Positions 22,335 through 36,176 of a stretch of 64,000 bases of DNA are shown one piece after another. The stretch's first letter is position 1. Each line of letters opens with the position of its first letter. Below the pieces are notes generated by a model. The model was not told the DNA's origin. It saw only the letters and a program-made list of their open reading frames with translations, and searched no databases. The stretch is from Chrysomallon squamiferum (Eukaryota > Animalia > Mollusca): assembly GCA_012295275.1 (NCBI GenBank), contig CM022667.1:9734001-9798000 (forward strand). The letters run 5' to 3'. The position numbers and the translations under genes are program-made.

Positions 22335-24142
22335 AATAAATAAATAAATAAATAAATAATGAAGACAGAAAGAAAAATATATGTATGTATGTTTGTATGT
22401 ATGTATGTATATGTATGTCTGTATATTAGATTGACAACGATTTTCTAAATTCAGCAAAAATAATTTCACTTAGTTACCTAATCTGTTATCTCCCCAGCAG
22501 ATTATTACGTGTTGTATTTTTACATTGAATTGAATTTAGTGTTTTACCTAACATAAAACTGAAAGAAGAAAAAATAAAATAAGCAGTCGTTATTCGCACG
22601 ACACCAGATACTGGAATTATACTTTTTTAATAAATACGTTTGGTTTTCTTTTGGTCACCAGCATACATGCTTTCACCATGTGAAACATTTATTAATACTT
22701 CGGATATCAAGTTAACAGAAATAAACTGATTAGCGTCGTATTAAAAGAAAGGTATTGACATTTTTTGTCATTTTAATAATAGCAGGTGTCAGCTTTTCTT
22801 TGTCGTTTAGTTTTATATTTCCGCGAAAACATGTATGTTGAGACATGCCAGTCGAAAAACATAGAACTGATTTGATTTTGTCATTAAATGTACAGTCTAG
22901 CCAAAATAAACCTACGTAATGACGTAGTATATACATGTGCATATAAATATACATAGCATGTGCATATAAATATATACAGACTTAGAAACATAAAAAAGAT
23001 ACAAGCATTTACACATATATACACAGACACAGGCAGACACATGTACACACATAGAAACACAAGCGCAAATATTAATGCATAACAATATACAAAAAAAAAA
23101 AAAAATTGATTTACGTTTGTCGTCCAGTATACCCGATCTCACTAAGACTTTAGTTCGGTTAAGACCCTTCTTAATTTGATCCACGTAAACTGAGTTAGTG
23201 TCGCTGCAGAGCTGAAGGTTTTGTTTACTCTCTGGGCGGAATGACGTTAACGTCACGTGGATATCGCGATGCCGTCCGGAACAATATGCGGAAAATATGT
23301 AAAAATTTGACAAACGAAGTTAGGCTAATAGAGACAAAAGAGGCATCTCTGAGACACGTTAATTTGTTTGTGAGAGTGATCGGGCCGCTTGGTCCTTTAA
23401 CAGAGGAAGGAGAAAGATTCTTCAGAAAAATCCTTCGAATTGTGGACTGAACGTGATGACCTCATTATTATTATTATTACCATTCTCTTAGGAAGACATT
23501 ATTTTTTTCCACATGAAAATAAATAAATAAATAAATTATATAAAATAAATTATATAAAATAAAATAAAATACGTACATAATTTTTTTTTTTTTTTTTTTA
23601 TATGAATAGATATTTTCGTCTGTGTGTACAGATATTTTCCCCTCTTTTTAATCGACATACGAAACATGAAAATATTTAGGTCGTTAAAACAAATACCATC
23701 TCATACTGATGTATATATATATATATATTTTAGTATCTAAATGCAGACATTTTCACGTCAACATGCAGACATTTTTACCTTCATTGGAAAATATCGTTTT
23801 GCCTACACATGCAGACATGTTGACATATATGTAATTAGACATTCAGAATGCAGACAAATAACCTACATAACACAGACATCTTCAGATTTGCATTCAAACG
23901 TGTTTACGCGTAGACGTAGAAATTTTCATTTTCTAATAGAAACAGAAAGAAAAAACAGTCACATCTTCACGTGCTGAGATACACAATACTCTTTCTTTCT
24001 TTTCTTCTTATTTGCAAAGAGAGAAAACGTGGAAAATCATGCGGCTTTTGTAATTAGATCCTAGTTTGGAAAAACGAGATATTCTTACAAAATCTCGATG
24101 AAAAAAATTCGTACATATCTAAAATAAACAATACGTATCTAA

Positions 24143-24181
<39 letters not shown>

Positions 24182-24461
24182 AATGAACTCTGTAAAACAA
24201 ACTTCTGTAAACCGAAGAATCAAGCTTGTTTTTTTTATCTGAACAGATAACCCTAGTATCAGTAAAGTTAACAGTTTATAATTTGCGTACCTATTCTAAA
24301 GACACAAAGCATCAATCTCGTACATATATGTAAATCCTGAATCAAAAAAAAAAAAAAGCAACTGGAACGTGAAAACTGAAATTTTTATTTCGTCACGTTC
24401 ATACAATTCTTTTATTGAAGCCTTATGTGTTTATTTTTTTTATTTTATTATTTTGTTTCTT

Positions 24462-24498
<37 letters not shown>

Positions 24499-26541
24499 GA
24501 ATAAGAAGAAGAAGAAGAAGAAGAAGAATAGTAATAGTAATAATAACACTAATAATAATAAGAAGAAGAAGAAGAAGAAGAAGAAAAAGAAGAACAGGAA
24601 GAAGAAAAGATAAATACGAACTCGACAAACTGATAAATATGTATCAAACTCCTTTTTTATTTTATTTTTTATTTTTCTTACATCTTCACTTACATTTACC
24701 CGCAACAGCTTCGGGTCAACAACCGTCGGATGTAACGTATCACACATTCAGCTCTGTTACCACACGTTACACCAAACGATGACGTTGCCCCGGGAGCAGC
24801 TGTCGTATTCTGAACTGAGCAAACACAAGCTTAGAGTTCAAATGTCTCGCAGGCGGCTACAATCGAACGAATTACAAAATCGAAAAATAAATACCTCCCA
24901 CGCACTTTCTCGATTCTCATTTTACTTTCCGTCTTCGATTACAGATCACTTCCCTTAAGGCTACGTTTTCAGGAGGGTGTTAATTTTGAGGATGTGAGGG
25001 TGGGGCCGCTGGTGGGTGATAACAAAAAAATATATATATATATCTGAGAGTGCATGAGTAGATATATTTCAATTTTTGGTAATTATATATCTACTATATC
25101 AGACACAAATCGCTGACAAGAATTTTATTTAGCTTGTGTTATGTTTTTGTAACTGTACTCGTTATTAACATTTTGCTGTCTGTTTTCTTCTAAATAGATG
25201 TTTTGTTCTTAAGCATCATAGTTAGATATTCATTCATTCATTCATTCATTCAATCACTCACTCACTCCATTCATTCATTCATTCATTTCTTTGTTATTCG
25301 TTCTGTCTCTCTGCTCGATGTAATTGACTTCATATTTATGAAACATTTTCCCAAAGCAGAACTTTTGAATGCTTCTTTCTTTCCTTCTTCAAAGTTACGT
25401 GGCAACAGCAGTAGTAGTAGAAGTAGCAGTTGCTGTCGTTCTTGTAGTAGTAGCAGTAGTGATGGTAGTGGTGGACGTGCTGGTCGTAGTAGTAGCAGTA
25501 TCAAAAGCAATAATAGTATTGGTCTCAGTAATAAAATAGTAATAGTACTGGTAGTAGTTGTTCTGGTAGTAGTAGTAGTGATGATAATGGTGATGGTAGT
25601 AACAGTTGTTGTTCTAGTAGTAATAAAAGTAGTATTAGAACTAGTAATTATAGCAATGATAACTACAGTAATAATAGTGATGATGATGATGATGATGATG
25701 ATGATAATAATAATAATAAATAAAATAACAACAAAAACAATATTAACAACAACGACAACGACAACGATAACAAGAACAGCAACAATAACAGTAACAATAA
25801 TGATACAAATAGCAGAAAAAAAATAAAATAAAGCAAGAAAGAAAGATAATAAATAAAAAATTAACACAAAAACAAAAAAAAAAAAGAAATGGAGAAAATA
25901 TTCTGTGATGAAATTATATCCTCCGGGAAGAATTTTGGTAGAGATTTTAGAGAAAATTATCTTCCTAGGGTTAAGAACATCGTTTAACTTACTTACATAA
26001 AATTACATCATGTTTATTTGTCGTGTCAGTGACCTTATGACTATGCAACACACAAACATACACACGCATGCACATGCATATAGAGAATCACATGCAAACA
26101 TACAAGCACACATAAAAGACGCATATACACATTTACGCACATACATATATACTTACACACTAAACTTTTCTTTTTTAACTATAAAGTTGTTTTGTAGTTG
26201 TTGTTATTGCTGTTGTTGTTGCTGCTGTTGTTGTCTTTGTTTAGAATGTACATGTAGATCAATTTCATCATCATGTTTATAACTTTTATAAAATATTTTA
26301 ATTTCATTCTCATCTTACACTTCTTTGCTATATTTCTTCCACTTTTTTTTTTTTTTTTTTTCAATTTTCAATTCCTTCAACTTGTTTAATTAAAAAAAAA
26401 AAAACATCATTTTTATTTTTATTCCACTTTTATCTTATTTCTTTCAAAAATATATTTTCTTTCAGGGTAGAAAAAATAAGATTTCATTATACATCGCATT
26501 TTCTTTTTCATTTTACTGTTTTTATTTCAGTCATTGTCAGT

Positions 26542-26652
<111 letters not shown>

Positions 26653-26911
26653 ATCTTTGATAATATGTTATGTTCTTCTGTTTGTTTTTTGTTTTTCTCT
26701 TTTAATGTTTTTTTGTTGTTGTTTTTTTTGTACTATTCTCATGCTTGCAGATTATTATTTATACCTGATACGTTCTCCTTTGATTCTGGGAATATCTTAA
26801 TTCATTATCTTCGGAGAAACTTGAAAAAAACAAAAATAGATATAAATTACCAGACATTTACAAGAATAATTATTGATTTGGACACATACGCAAACATTCG
26901 CATGGTTGTAT

Positions 26912-26948
<37 letters not shown>

Positions 26949-27749
26949 TTATTTTATTTTATTTTTCTAGCTATCTGATACACCCAGGCGAATGTGTGGG
27001 TTTGTGTATATATTGAAATCATCTCTCATAAATGTATTTTTCTTCAAGATCATATTAAGGAAAAAAATAAAAAAAGGAAATCCATACAGAACAAAACTAA
27101 TAAACAAACGACAAAAATTTAAAAAATAAAAAATAAAAAATAAAAAAATAAAAATAAAAAATAAATAATAAAAATAAAAATAAAAAAGTATACTAATAAA
27201 AAAAACAATCCAACATCCCCACCCCCAAACAAAAAAATATTTAAAAAAAACACCAAACAAAACAGGCATGATCTTTCAAAAAACATAATAAAAATAAGTA
27301 ATAATAAAATAACAAATGAATAAATAAATTTAACAAATGAATGAATAAAATTAAAAAAAAAACAATTATAAATAAATAAATTAAACAGACATATTCTTTA
27401 TAAATAAATATACGTGATTTGAAAATGTTCTGTTTTTACAGATTTCTACAACCACTTGCATAGACACGAAAATAATAAATGCATATTATTTATTTATTTA
27501 TTTATTTATTTATCCAGTTTTTAAAAGTGCTTAATATGTTTTTCATCCACTTTTTAAACGATATTGTGTTAGTTGTTACTTCCTTCTCAGTTACATAAAC
27601 CATATTCCGCAAGAAAATACATTAACAAAACAAATTATTCATGAACCGCATATATCATGATTTGATTTGTTGTGTACCGGACACTGACCTCCCATACGGC
27701 ATAAATAATTAATTGTTGACTGAAAACTGACTTTTTTTAAAATACACGT

Positions 27750-27890
27750 ACGCACAACACAAAATGACGCACGTGCGCTTATATTCAATAATATTCCAAT
27801 ACCTTACATTACAGTGACGTCATCACAATTATCATGACGTCACAAACAAAACATGACGTATTTAGGTCGCTGAAGTGCGCCATTTTAGCA
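27750..27890. promoter_or_regulatory. CRE/E-box/YY1-like motif cluster (candidate promoter or enhancer)
   Basis: TGACGTCA at 27815 and 27835, TGACG half-sites at ~27764 and ~27853, GCACGTGC at ~27769 and GCGCCATTTT at ~27877, all within 140 bp of unique CpG-rich DNA. Confidence 0.3.
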
Positions 27891-28207
27891 AATCTCGTTG
27901 ACTAGAGCGAAGGCATTTTAACTCTAAGTGGACCAAGATGCTCGTCAAATTGTTTCCTGTTGATTAGAAAACGCGAGAGAAAATTGTAGCAAATGGTCCA
28001 CAGGTGATCCCAGTGTATCAATTACTTCATCAGCGACGACGTCAAAGATACCATCTACGGTGACTGCGGTTAAGTAATTTGAGATTACGCAAATGAGACC
28101 GGGCAATTTCGTTCACATTTTAGGAAATAGAAAAATTGACCGAGAACGTTTTTAAATTGATCGCTAAGGACGAAAAAGCAGCAGAAGAAAAAATGTAGTT
28201 ATAATAA

Positions 28208-28273
<66 letters not shown>

Positions 28274-28347
28274 AAGAAGAAGAAGAAGAAGAAGAAGAAG
28301 AAGAAGAAGAAGAAGAAGAAGAAGAAGAAGAAGAAGAAGAAGAAGAA
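28208..28347. repeat. compound (AAT)n-(AAG)n microsatellite
   Basis: Direct inspection; a perfect AAG run of about 100 bp follows the AAT run. Confidence 0.95.
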
Positions 28348-29773
28348 AATGAAAGTTAGAAGAAGAAAAAGGAGATACTGGAAGGACTGTAATAGTGTTA
28401 TAGATAACATTTCTGCTGTTTGCATGAACATCTCCTGTAGGTCATATGTAGTCAATAATGTTTATTTATTTTTTATTTTTAAAAAAGAGCAAAATAAGAA
28501 TCTGCACGGAAAAAAAACGTATTATTACTTCTGCCAACAAACACTTTCCCAAAGAAGAATCAACAACAGCAATAACAGTCACGACCGCAACAACAGCACA
28601 GTAGTAGTAGAAATAAATTGTTACTGTCTAACAATTAATGCTTACAACGCAAAATAACATCATCTTATATATAATGTGCACGTTTGTTGTATGAGTGAAA
28701 ATATTTGTTTGTTATTTTTTATAAACTTTTTAATGGTTGGTGTTGTTTTTTCAATGTGATGTCATTACGACCTCATTTTCTGTTCGTGTAGGTGTGCTAA
28801 TCTGACATTAAAAGTACGTGCACACACGATTATTGTCGTAAACTGCCGATCGCATCTCTAAAGTGTTTAGTCTCGCTAATTATATTCGCGTTTGATCGAT
28901 CACTAAAGTGCGCGTTAACGTATTTTTAATTCCTTTTCAAGTTGTTTTAAATCCATTTCGACGTTTTACGTTTACAGAGTATATTTGCACTGAAAAAGTT
29001 TCTCCTAATTCAAACCGTTTCAGAGTTCAGGTGAATCAAAAAAGTACTTTTATAAAATGCAAATAAAAAGAATTATTTCTGCATGCTCAGGAAATCACTT
29101 TATTCTCCACGCCTCTGGTACGCATGCGCAATTTAACCTAAGTCACTGCTGCTGAATAAACTGCCTGTTATTTTATTTTCGCCTATGGTGATTGTAATTG
29201 ACCCATTTAGGATATCTAAATAGTGTCGATATTGGTCACGTGACATGGCTAACGGCTTGACCTACTTATGAAATTTGAATTTCGATCTGTCGGCCACGAG
29301 ACAGAACTATATTTTCGGATCCAGTCGAAAAAGCAAATTAAAATAATAAAAATAATAAATAAAATTACTTATTTATTTTTGTTATTCCACAGTTTGAAAA
29401 CCTCTGTAATAAGAAAATATATACCTTTCGTTTTCTGACCAATTTTTTTTTTTTTTTTTAAAATGACATTCATTTAATTGTTTTCTTTGTTTCCAGTGCA
29501 CAGTTAATATTTTAATAATAAGCTCTCCCGATGAAGAGATAAATAAATAAATAAATAAATAAATAGAACATAAAGAAAGTTAACACAGCCGTTTTCCTTT
29601 TGCACTTGTGTGTTTATGATGTCCTATGACCATGAGACATACAGACATCATATCCAGTGTAAAACATCTTCATAGTCTTTCTTGCATTGCCGTTGTCGTT
29701 GTCGTTGATGTTAAAATTATTCTGCCATATTATTCTGCTACATCAACTTCTACTATTCTACTACTACTACTAC

Positions 29774-29831
<58 letters not shown>

Positions 29832-30073
29832 GTTATTATTTGTTTTGGGTTTTTTTTTTTTTTTTTTTTCTTCTTCTTCTTCTTCTTCTTCTTATTATTA
29901 TTATTTTTGTTTTGTTTGTTACTGGTATTATTTATTTTATTTATTACATTCTTTTTTTTCCTGTTTTCTTCGAATGCTGCACTTTACTTTTTTTACTTTA
30001 TTTTATTAATATTTTTTTCAAACTCACTGATATTACAAAATAATTTCATTCTTTCTTTCATGAACTTTCAGAA

Positions 30074-30104
<31 letters not shown>

Positions 30105-30350
30105 ACATATCGAATACTGTTTACTGACGAATTCACAATTTTCATCAACATTTTCAAATGTTAAGTTCTTCCCACTCAAAGTTCATTGCCTTTAATTGTT
30201 CATTAATTTCAAATTTGCACTTTCCGTCTTTGCTTTGTGTTCTTTCTTTCATTTGAAAACATTAACGTAAGAGTTGCGAAAATATTTTCAGACATGATTA
30301 ATTCTGTTGTGCTGCAGACGATCAATAATGAAGAAAATAAGAGTACATAT

Positions 30351-30385
<35 letters not shown>

Positions 30386-31026
30386 GATGAGGATGATAAT
30401 AATGATGATAATAATGATGATGATGATAATGATGATCTTGCTTAACCACTGCAATACAATGACTTTAAAAAAAAAAAAATGAAGAAGAAGAAGAAAGAAA
30501 AAAATAAAATAAAAAATAAAAAGAGGTCGTTACTATAAGTACAGAATGGAGACAGCGATATCAGTTATGGCAACATTCCACTGAAAAAACAGATTTCTGA
30601 ATTTCTAATTAAAAATCTCGTGAATGCAGCCAATAAAGATGGACGAACGAACAGACGTTTTGTAATAAATTCTCCATAATGGTTTTGTACTTTAAAAAAA
30701 AATAAAAAATAAAAAATAAAAAAAATAAAGTCGACCACGATTGACCCCTTTGTTATGTCCGGTCTTTGATACATAATTAACATATCTGTGATTAATTATT
30801 TTTTATTTTTAAAAAAGTACTCTATGTGAAACTAACACCAGTCTACTAATTAGACGTTTAATGTGAAGATTTTTTTTAGAGGTGACAGACAGGCAAAGAA
30901 AGAGAGAGAGAGAGACAAAGTGATAGAGATGCAGATAGAGAGATAGAGAAAGACAGAGAGGGAAAGAGAGAAAGAGATGGAGACAGAGAGAGGTACAGAT
31001 AAAGACTCAGAGAGAAAGACAGATCT

Positions 31027-31074
<48 letters not shown>

Positions 31075-32375
31075 ATAAGAACTGCAACCACCACTCCCGC
31101 TATTGCTGTTGCTATTATTATATTAGAATCTTACACCAAACATGCATACAAAAAGATTATATATAGTCGGGTTTGTAACTACTAATAATTAGACTACAAA
31201 CAAATCGATAAATTTGCAAAGCCATACTTTACAAACACCCACATATGATGATTCAGGAAGAAAACATAAAAAAAAATAAAAAAAAAAAAAAACATAAAAG
31301 AAAGCTGAAAATAAAAAAAATAAGAAAATAAATAAATACTGAATTACGACTACATTAAGAAATAACATCTACAGATTAATACGCTTTCTTAGAAACCCCA
31401 GCTACACATTAAAATGACATTTTCAAGTACCTTAAGAACCATTTTCTTTCTTTCAACGAAAAAAAAAAAATATCGACCTACTTAATGTTCCCTTTTAGAC
31501 GAGTCTAGAAAAGTATGCCCATTTCAAGGTTCATATTAAGCAGACGTTAATTCCCACGCGCATGTCACGTGAAGGAAGCGGAAGCTTTTGTTTTGCTCTT
31601 TTATTTAATTTTTTCTAATGATTACATATTCTTCTCTTCTTTTTTTTTTTATGTAAAGGTAAGAGGGTAAGACTGTCCCTGAAAGCTTTAAATCGCTAGC
31701 AAATGTCTGGTTTAATTAATTTTAAAATATTTTGGGATGTTCTATTTTTTGAGAAGGTTACGGTACACATTCTACTGACCTCAAGCATGCTAGAAACTGT
31801 GTCGATTAAAAGTGAGCGAGTGCAAAGATGTCAAACTTGTGAATTTTGATTCTAGAAAAAGTAATTAAATCGCAAAATTTAAAGACGTCATATTGTTACG
31901 AATGTTATTTGTATTGTTGTTGTTGTTACATCATCATCATCGTCATCATCATAATTCTTCTAATTATTAATTAATTAATGAATGATACTTTAAAGATATT
32001 CACTTACTAACAAAAATCAAGAAAAATAAAATAAAATAAAAGTTTTGAACTGATACAAGTCTTATGATTATATTCAGAGGCCAAATAAAAACTGTTGCAT
32101 TTTGAAATCGGCAAACTGAATTGAAAGCTGATATTTTTGTTCGTATCAGTTCTTCAAACACGTTTCAGTCTATTATCAAAATACATTTTTAACAGCAGGA
32201 TGTAATTAATTCAGCTTCAATGGTTTCCGAAGCAAAAACTCCCCTTTCGAGAAATTATGGTTATCGTTTAGGAAAGGATATGTATTTTTATTTTTTTATT
32301 TTTCTGTATTTTATTTCTTTGTTGTTTTTGTTGTTACTGTTGTTGTTGTTGTTATTCTTCTTCTACTACTACTAC

Positions 32376-32414
<39 letters not shown>

Positions 32415-33008
32415 TTATTATTTATTATTATTATTACTATGCGTGTCATAAAAAAAAAACCTATGGACGAAAGCTACTTTTTATTGTGTGGAGAAGATTA
32501 AGATTTTCTCACAATTCAGTTTGATGTTTTTCCGCACCGTGGGCAGTCTTTTTTCTTTTATCGAAATCCTTTCCAAATGATCAGTTTGATTGCAATTAAT
32601 CAGCACGATTCGATTTTTCCTTCTTCGGTTTATTTTCTTCTTTGCTGAAAGAGAATTATAAGGTGTTATACCGAAACAAAAAGTAAAAATAATAATGATT
32701 AATGTCGCCATGACAACCGCATTTTATTATTATTCTTTTTTATTTGGCGTCCGTGTAATTTCGAAGCAGGAGTTTAAAGTATTAGAGATGTAGATACTGG
32801 GTTCGCGACTTAGTGACCATGTCACTGGAGAAAGTGAAAGGTCAAGGTCAAACTTCACGCTGACTGGCTGTTAGTGGTCAGAAATGTTTCACGAGAATTT
32901 AAATTATTTGTTGTTTGTTGGTTTTTTCGTTGTTTTTTTTCAAATGTTATATTTATTTACTTTGTTAAAATTTTTACCTTAGTTTCTAGTAATCTTTATT
33001 TATCTACT

Positions 33009-33043
<35 letters not shown>

Positions 33044-34061
33044 CTTTCTTTCTTTCTTTTCATATATATTCATCACTTCCCTTTTTCTCGACATATTTCA
33101 GTCCTTCATTTTTTGCTTAGGCTAGAAATAGAATTACAAATAGAGACATTTTACTCCGATTTGTTCCTTCCTTCACTTACTTTCTTTCATCCTGTATTTC
33201 CTTCGTTTTTCTTTCCTTCTTTCTTTCTTCACTGACCATTATTCTTTATTCTTTAATTCTTTCGTTATAAATACATCAATTTCTTAAGGTGTACTTTATT
33301 AAAAATAACTGTGTTCCTTCTGCCAAAACGTTTCTGATTTTATATTTTCCATAATTTTGTCAAATCATCACCGAAAAGTACAGAATTTAGTACAAAAAAA
33401 AAAAAAAAAAATAAAAAAAAAAGAAAATAAATAAATAAATAAATAAAAAAAAAAATAAACAAAAATGAAAACAAAAATAAAAATAAAAATAAAAAATCTT
33501 CTATTGCTTTCTTTTACCCCTACCCGTCACCCCCTTAGAATCATAATGGACCGGCCCCTCTCTCTCTCTCTCTGTCACTTACTCCGAATTACGATTCTCA
33601 TTTCTGTCTTGTCGGAGAGGGCTAAAATGAGGACACAGGTGCCCTTGTGTGAATTATTCACTTTTAAAAGGACTGACACAGTTGTGGCGAGGGCTAAAAG
33701 ACGAATAATTTGACTAGCTGACATCAGAACGAAATGAACGAAGACGAAATACCGGAAACAATTATTTTTACCACACTTGTTCAACTCTGAACAAAGACAG
33801 AAGACGAAAGTCGGTTTGATGTCGTTTCGTTAAGACGTCGGCCAGGAATTTTTCATAAACAAGATAAATAATAATAACAACAACAACAACTACAACAACA
33901 ACAACAACAACAATAATAATAATAATCATAATCATAATAATAGATAGATAGATAGATAGATAGATAGACAGATAGATAGACAGATAGATAGATAGCTAGA
34001 TAGATTGACAGACAGACAGATAGATAGACAGACAGACAGACAGACATATAGATATATATAT

Positions 34062-34130
<69 letters not shown>

Positions 34131-34651
34131 GAGAGATGGATAAACATATTCAGTTAAAAGAAAGACACAGACAAACAAACAAACAAATCGAACTCATAAT
34201 AAAATAAAATTAAGTCCATAAACAAAATAAATGATTGTTCATCCGAAGTTTCCAAAAACAGCTCAAAAAAAATATTCCGAAACGAAAACATGTGCAGTCG
34301 TACTTGCTGTTGTGACTCACGTTTAACGACATAAAAATAAGAACCTGAAAACACACGGCGAAGGACGAATTAATTGTTTCCTTTTTCTTTTCTTGTCCGT
34401 TTCTTTTTGTTTTTCTTTTCATGGGCATCTCTAATAATGGGAGTCGAATCATACTAATAAGCTATTGAACATTTCAACGACGTCATTAAATCAAACATCT
34501 GACGAACGGCTGTGACATTATGGCAACGTTTTATGATCAGACGACGTCGTGTTTACGTCCGATGCCAGACTTCAGCAGCATTTGTTTATGTCGGCTGCTT
34601 TCCGAGAGGAGAGGCGTGTCCTTGAGGCGCAAGTCTTTGTCTACTACGCGA

Positions 34652-34842
34652 TCAGTCTGGGATCGGTTCCCGTCATTGCACGTATTCTGTTATTTCCCGT
34701 TCTTGATAGCTCAGAAAGATTTTTTTGCAGCGAGTGTGTGTGTGGGGGAATGACTGATGTGTTAATACATTTTACTTTAATTTTCGGTCAGTCTAGGATC
34801 GGATTCAATTCATGGCCGTATTCTGTTATTTCCCGTTCCTGA
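34652..34842. repeat. diverged ~55-bp direct repeat, two copies 136 bp apart
   Basis: TCAGTCT[G/A]GGATCGG...CGTATTCTGTTATTTCCCGTTC[T/C]TGA at 34652-34706 and 34788-34842. Confidence 0.85.
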
Positions 34843-34949
34843 CAGGTCTTAGAGTACTGGAAGAAGACGCGATGGTTTGGCGGTTTAAAACATGTTAGAG
34901 TTATTTTATGTTTCAGTTACTGTACTACTGTCATTTATATACAAGTAAA

Positions 34950-35014
<65 letters not shown>

Positions 35015-35103
35015 TGATGATAAATAAACAATAATAACAACAGCTACATCAATAACAATAATAATAATAATAATAATAATAATATATATATATATATATA
35101 TAT

Positions 35104-35150
<47 letters not shown>

Positions 35151-35566
35151 TAGACAGAGATACAGATATAGATATACACATACATACACATATTTAAATA
35201 ATAATTAAAAACAACAACAGAAATTGACAATTCGTCGTTTATTCCGCCAATATTTACAAAAGAGGAATGCATACAGAAATGTATAATACTCCCAGAATTT
35301 AAGTATTGTATACATTAAAAACATTTATATACAAAATATATATTCAAGTTTGAAAATATTTGTTAAAATAAGCTTTACATAATCAGGCTCCGTTTAGTTT
35401 TTGATTCAATAACACATCGGGAATAAACAAATATAGATTAATGAATATTAAATAGTTACAGTAATATGGTACTTATACCACAAACAATTAAAATGATAAT
35501 AATACTTATGATAAACAAATAATATTTACAGGTATGGTATGTACTGTTAATATGATTACGAACTAA

Positions 35567-35607
<41 letters not shown>

Positions 35608-36134
35608 TAATAATAATAATAATAACATCAAAAACAACAACAATAAAAATAACTCTAATTTCGACAAATAAATAATATTTAAAACGAAAATTAACAATAG
35701 AATTCTGAAGTCTGATGACGCTATCCAATTAGGTGCCAGACGTATTAAGATTTAATGTCTTGATTCAATTACTTATTTAGAAGTTAGCTGACAATACACA
35801 TGCAAATTATACACTCCAGTGGTCACCGCCAGTACACATAAAATGATAATACACTGGAGATCAAACAGCAATACGCATAAAATTTTACATTCTCTGACCA
35901 ACATATATAAAACAGTAGACACCGTTAATAAAATAATACACCTTGAAGCGCAAACAGTGTTTTAGTACGTAAAACATTGTAACAGGTGGATCGTGTACGC
36001 TGATATTGTTCAAGTTGTTGTTTTAACACAAAACTGCTGGAGAGAAAAAAAAAATCATTTTGTGCGGCCATTGCATTAAGACTTCAGTAAAAAGCATTCC
36101 CACGCACAGAATGTATTCACGCTCGTTCATATGA

Positions 36135-36176
<42 letters not shown>

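Noticed and set aside
25203-25867. ~200-aa ORFs resembling membrane or mucin proteins
   Set aside because: Mixed AGT/GAT/AAT/AAC microsatellite mosaic.
34652-34706. ATTGCAC (miR-92-family seed) within the direct repeat
   Set aside because: The seed is absent from the second copy, the rest does not resemble miR-92, and there is no good hairpin.
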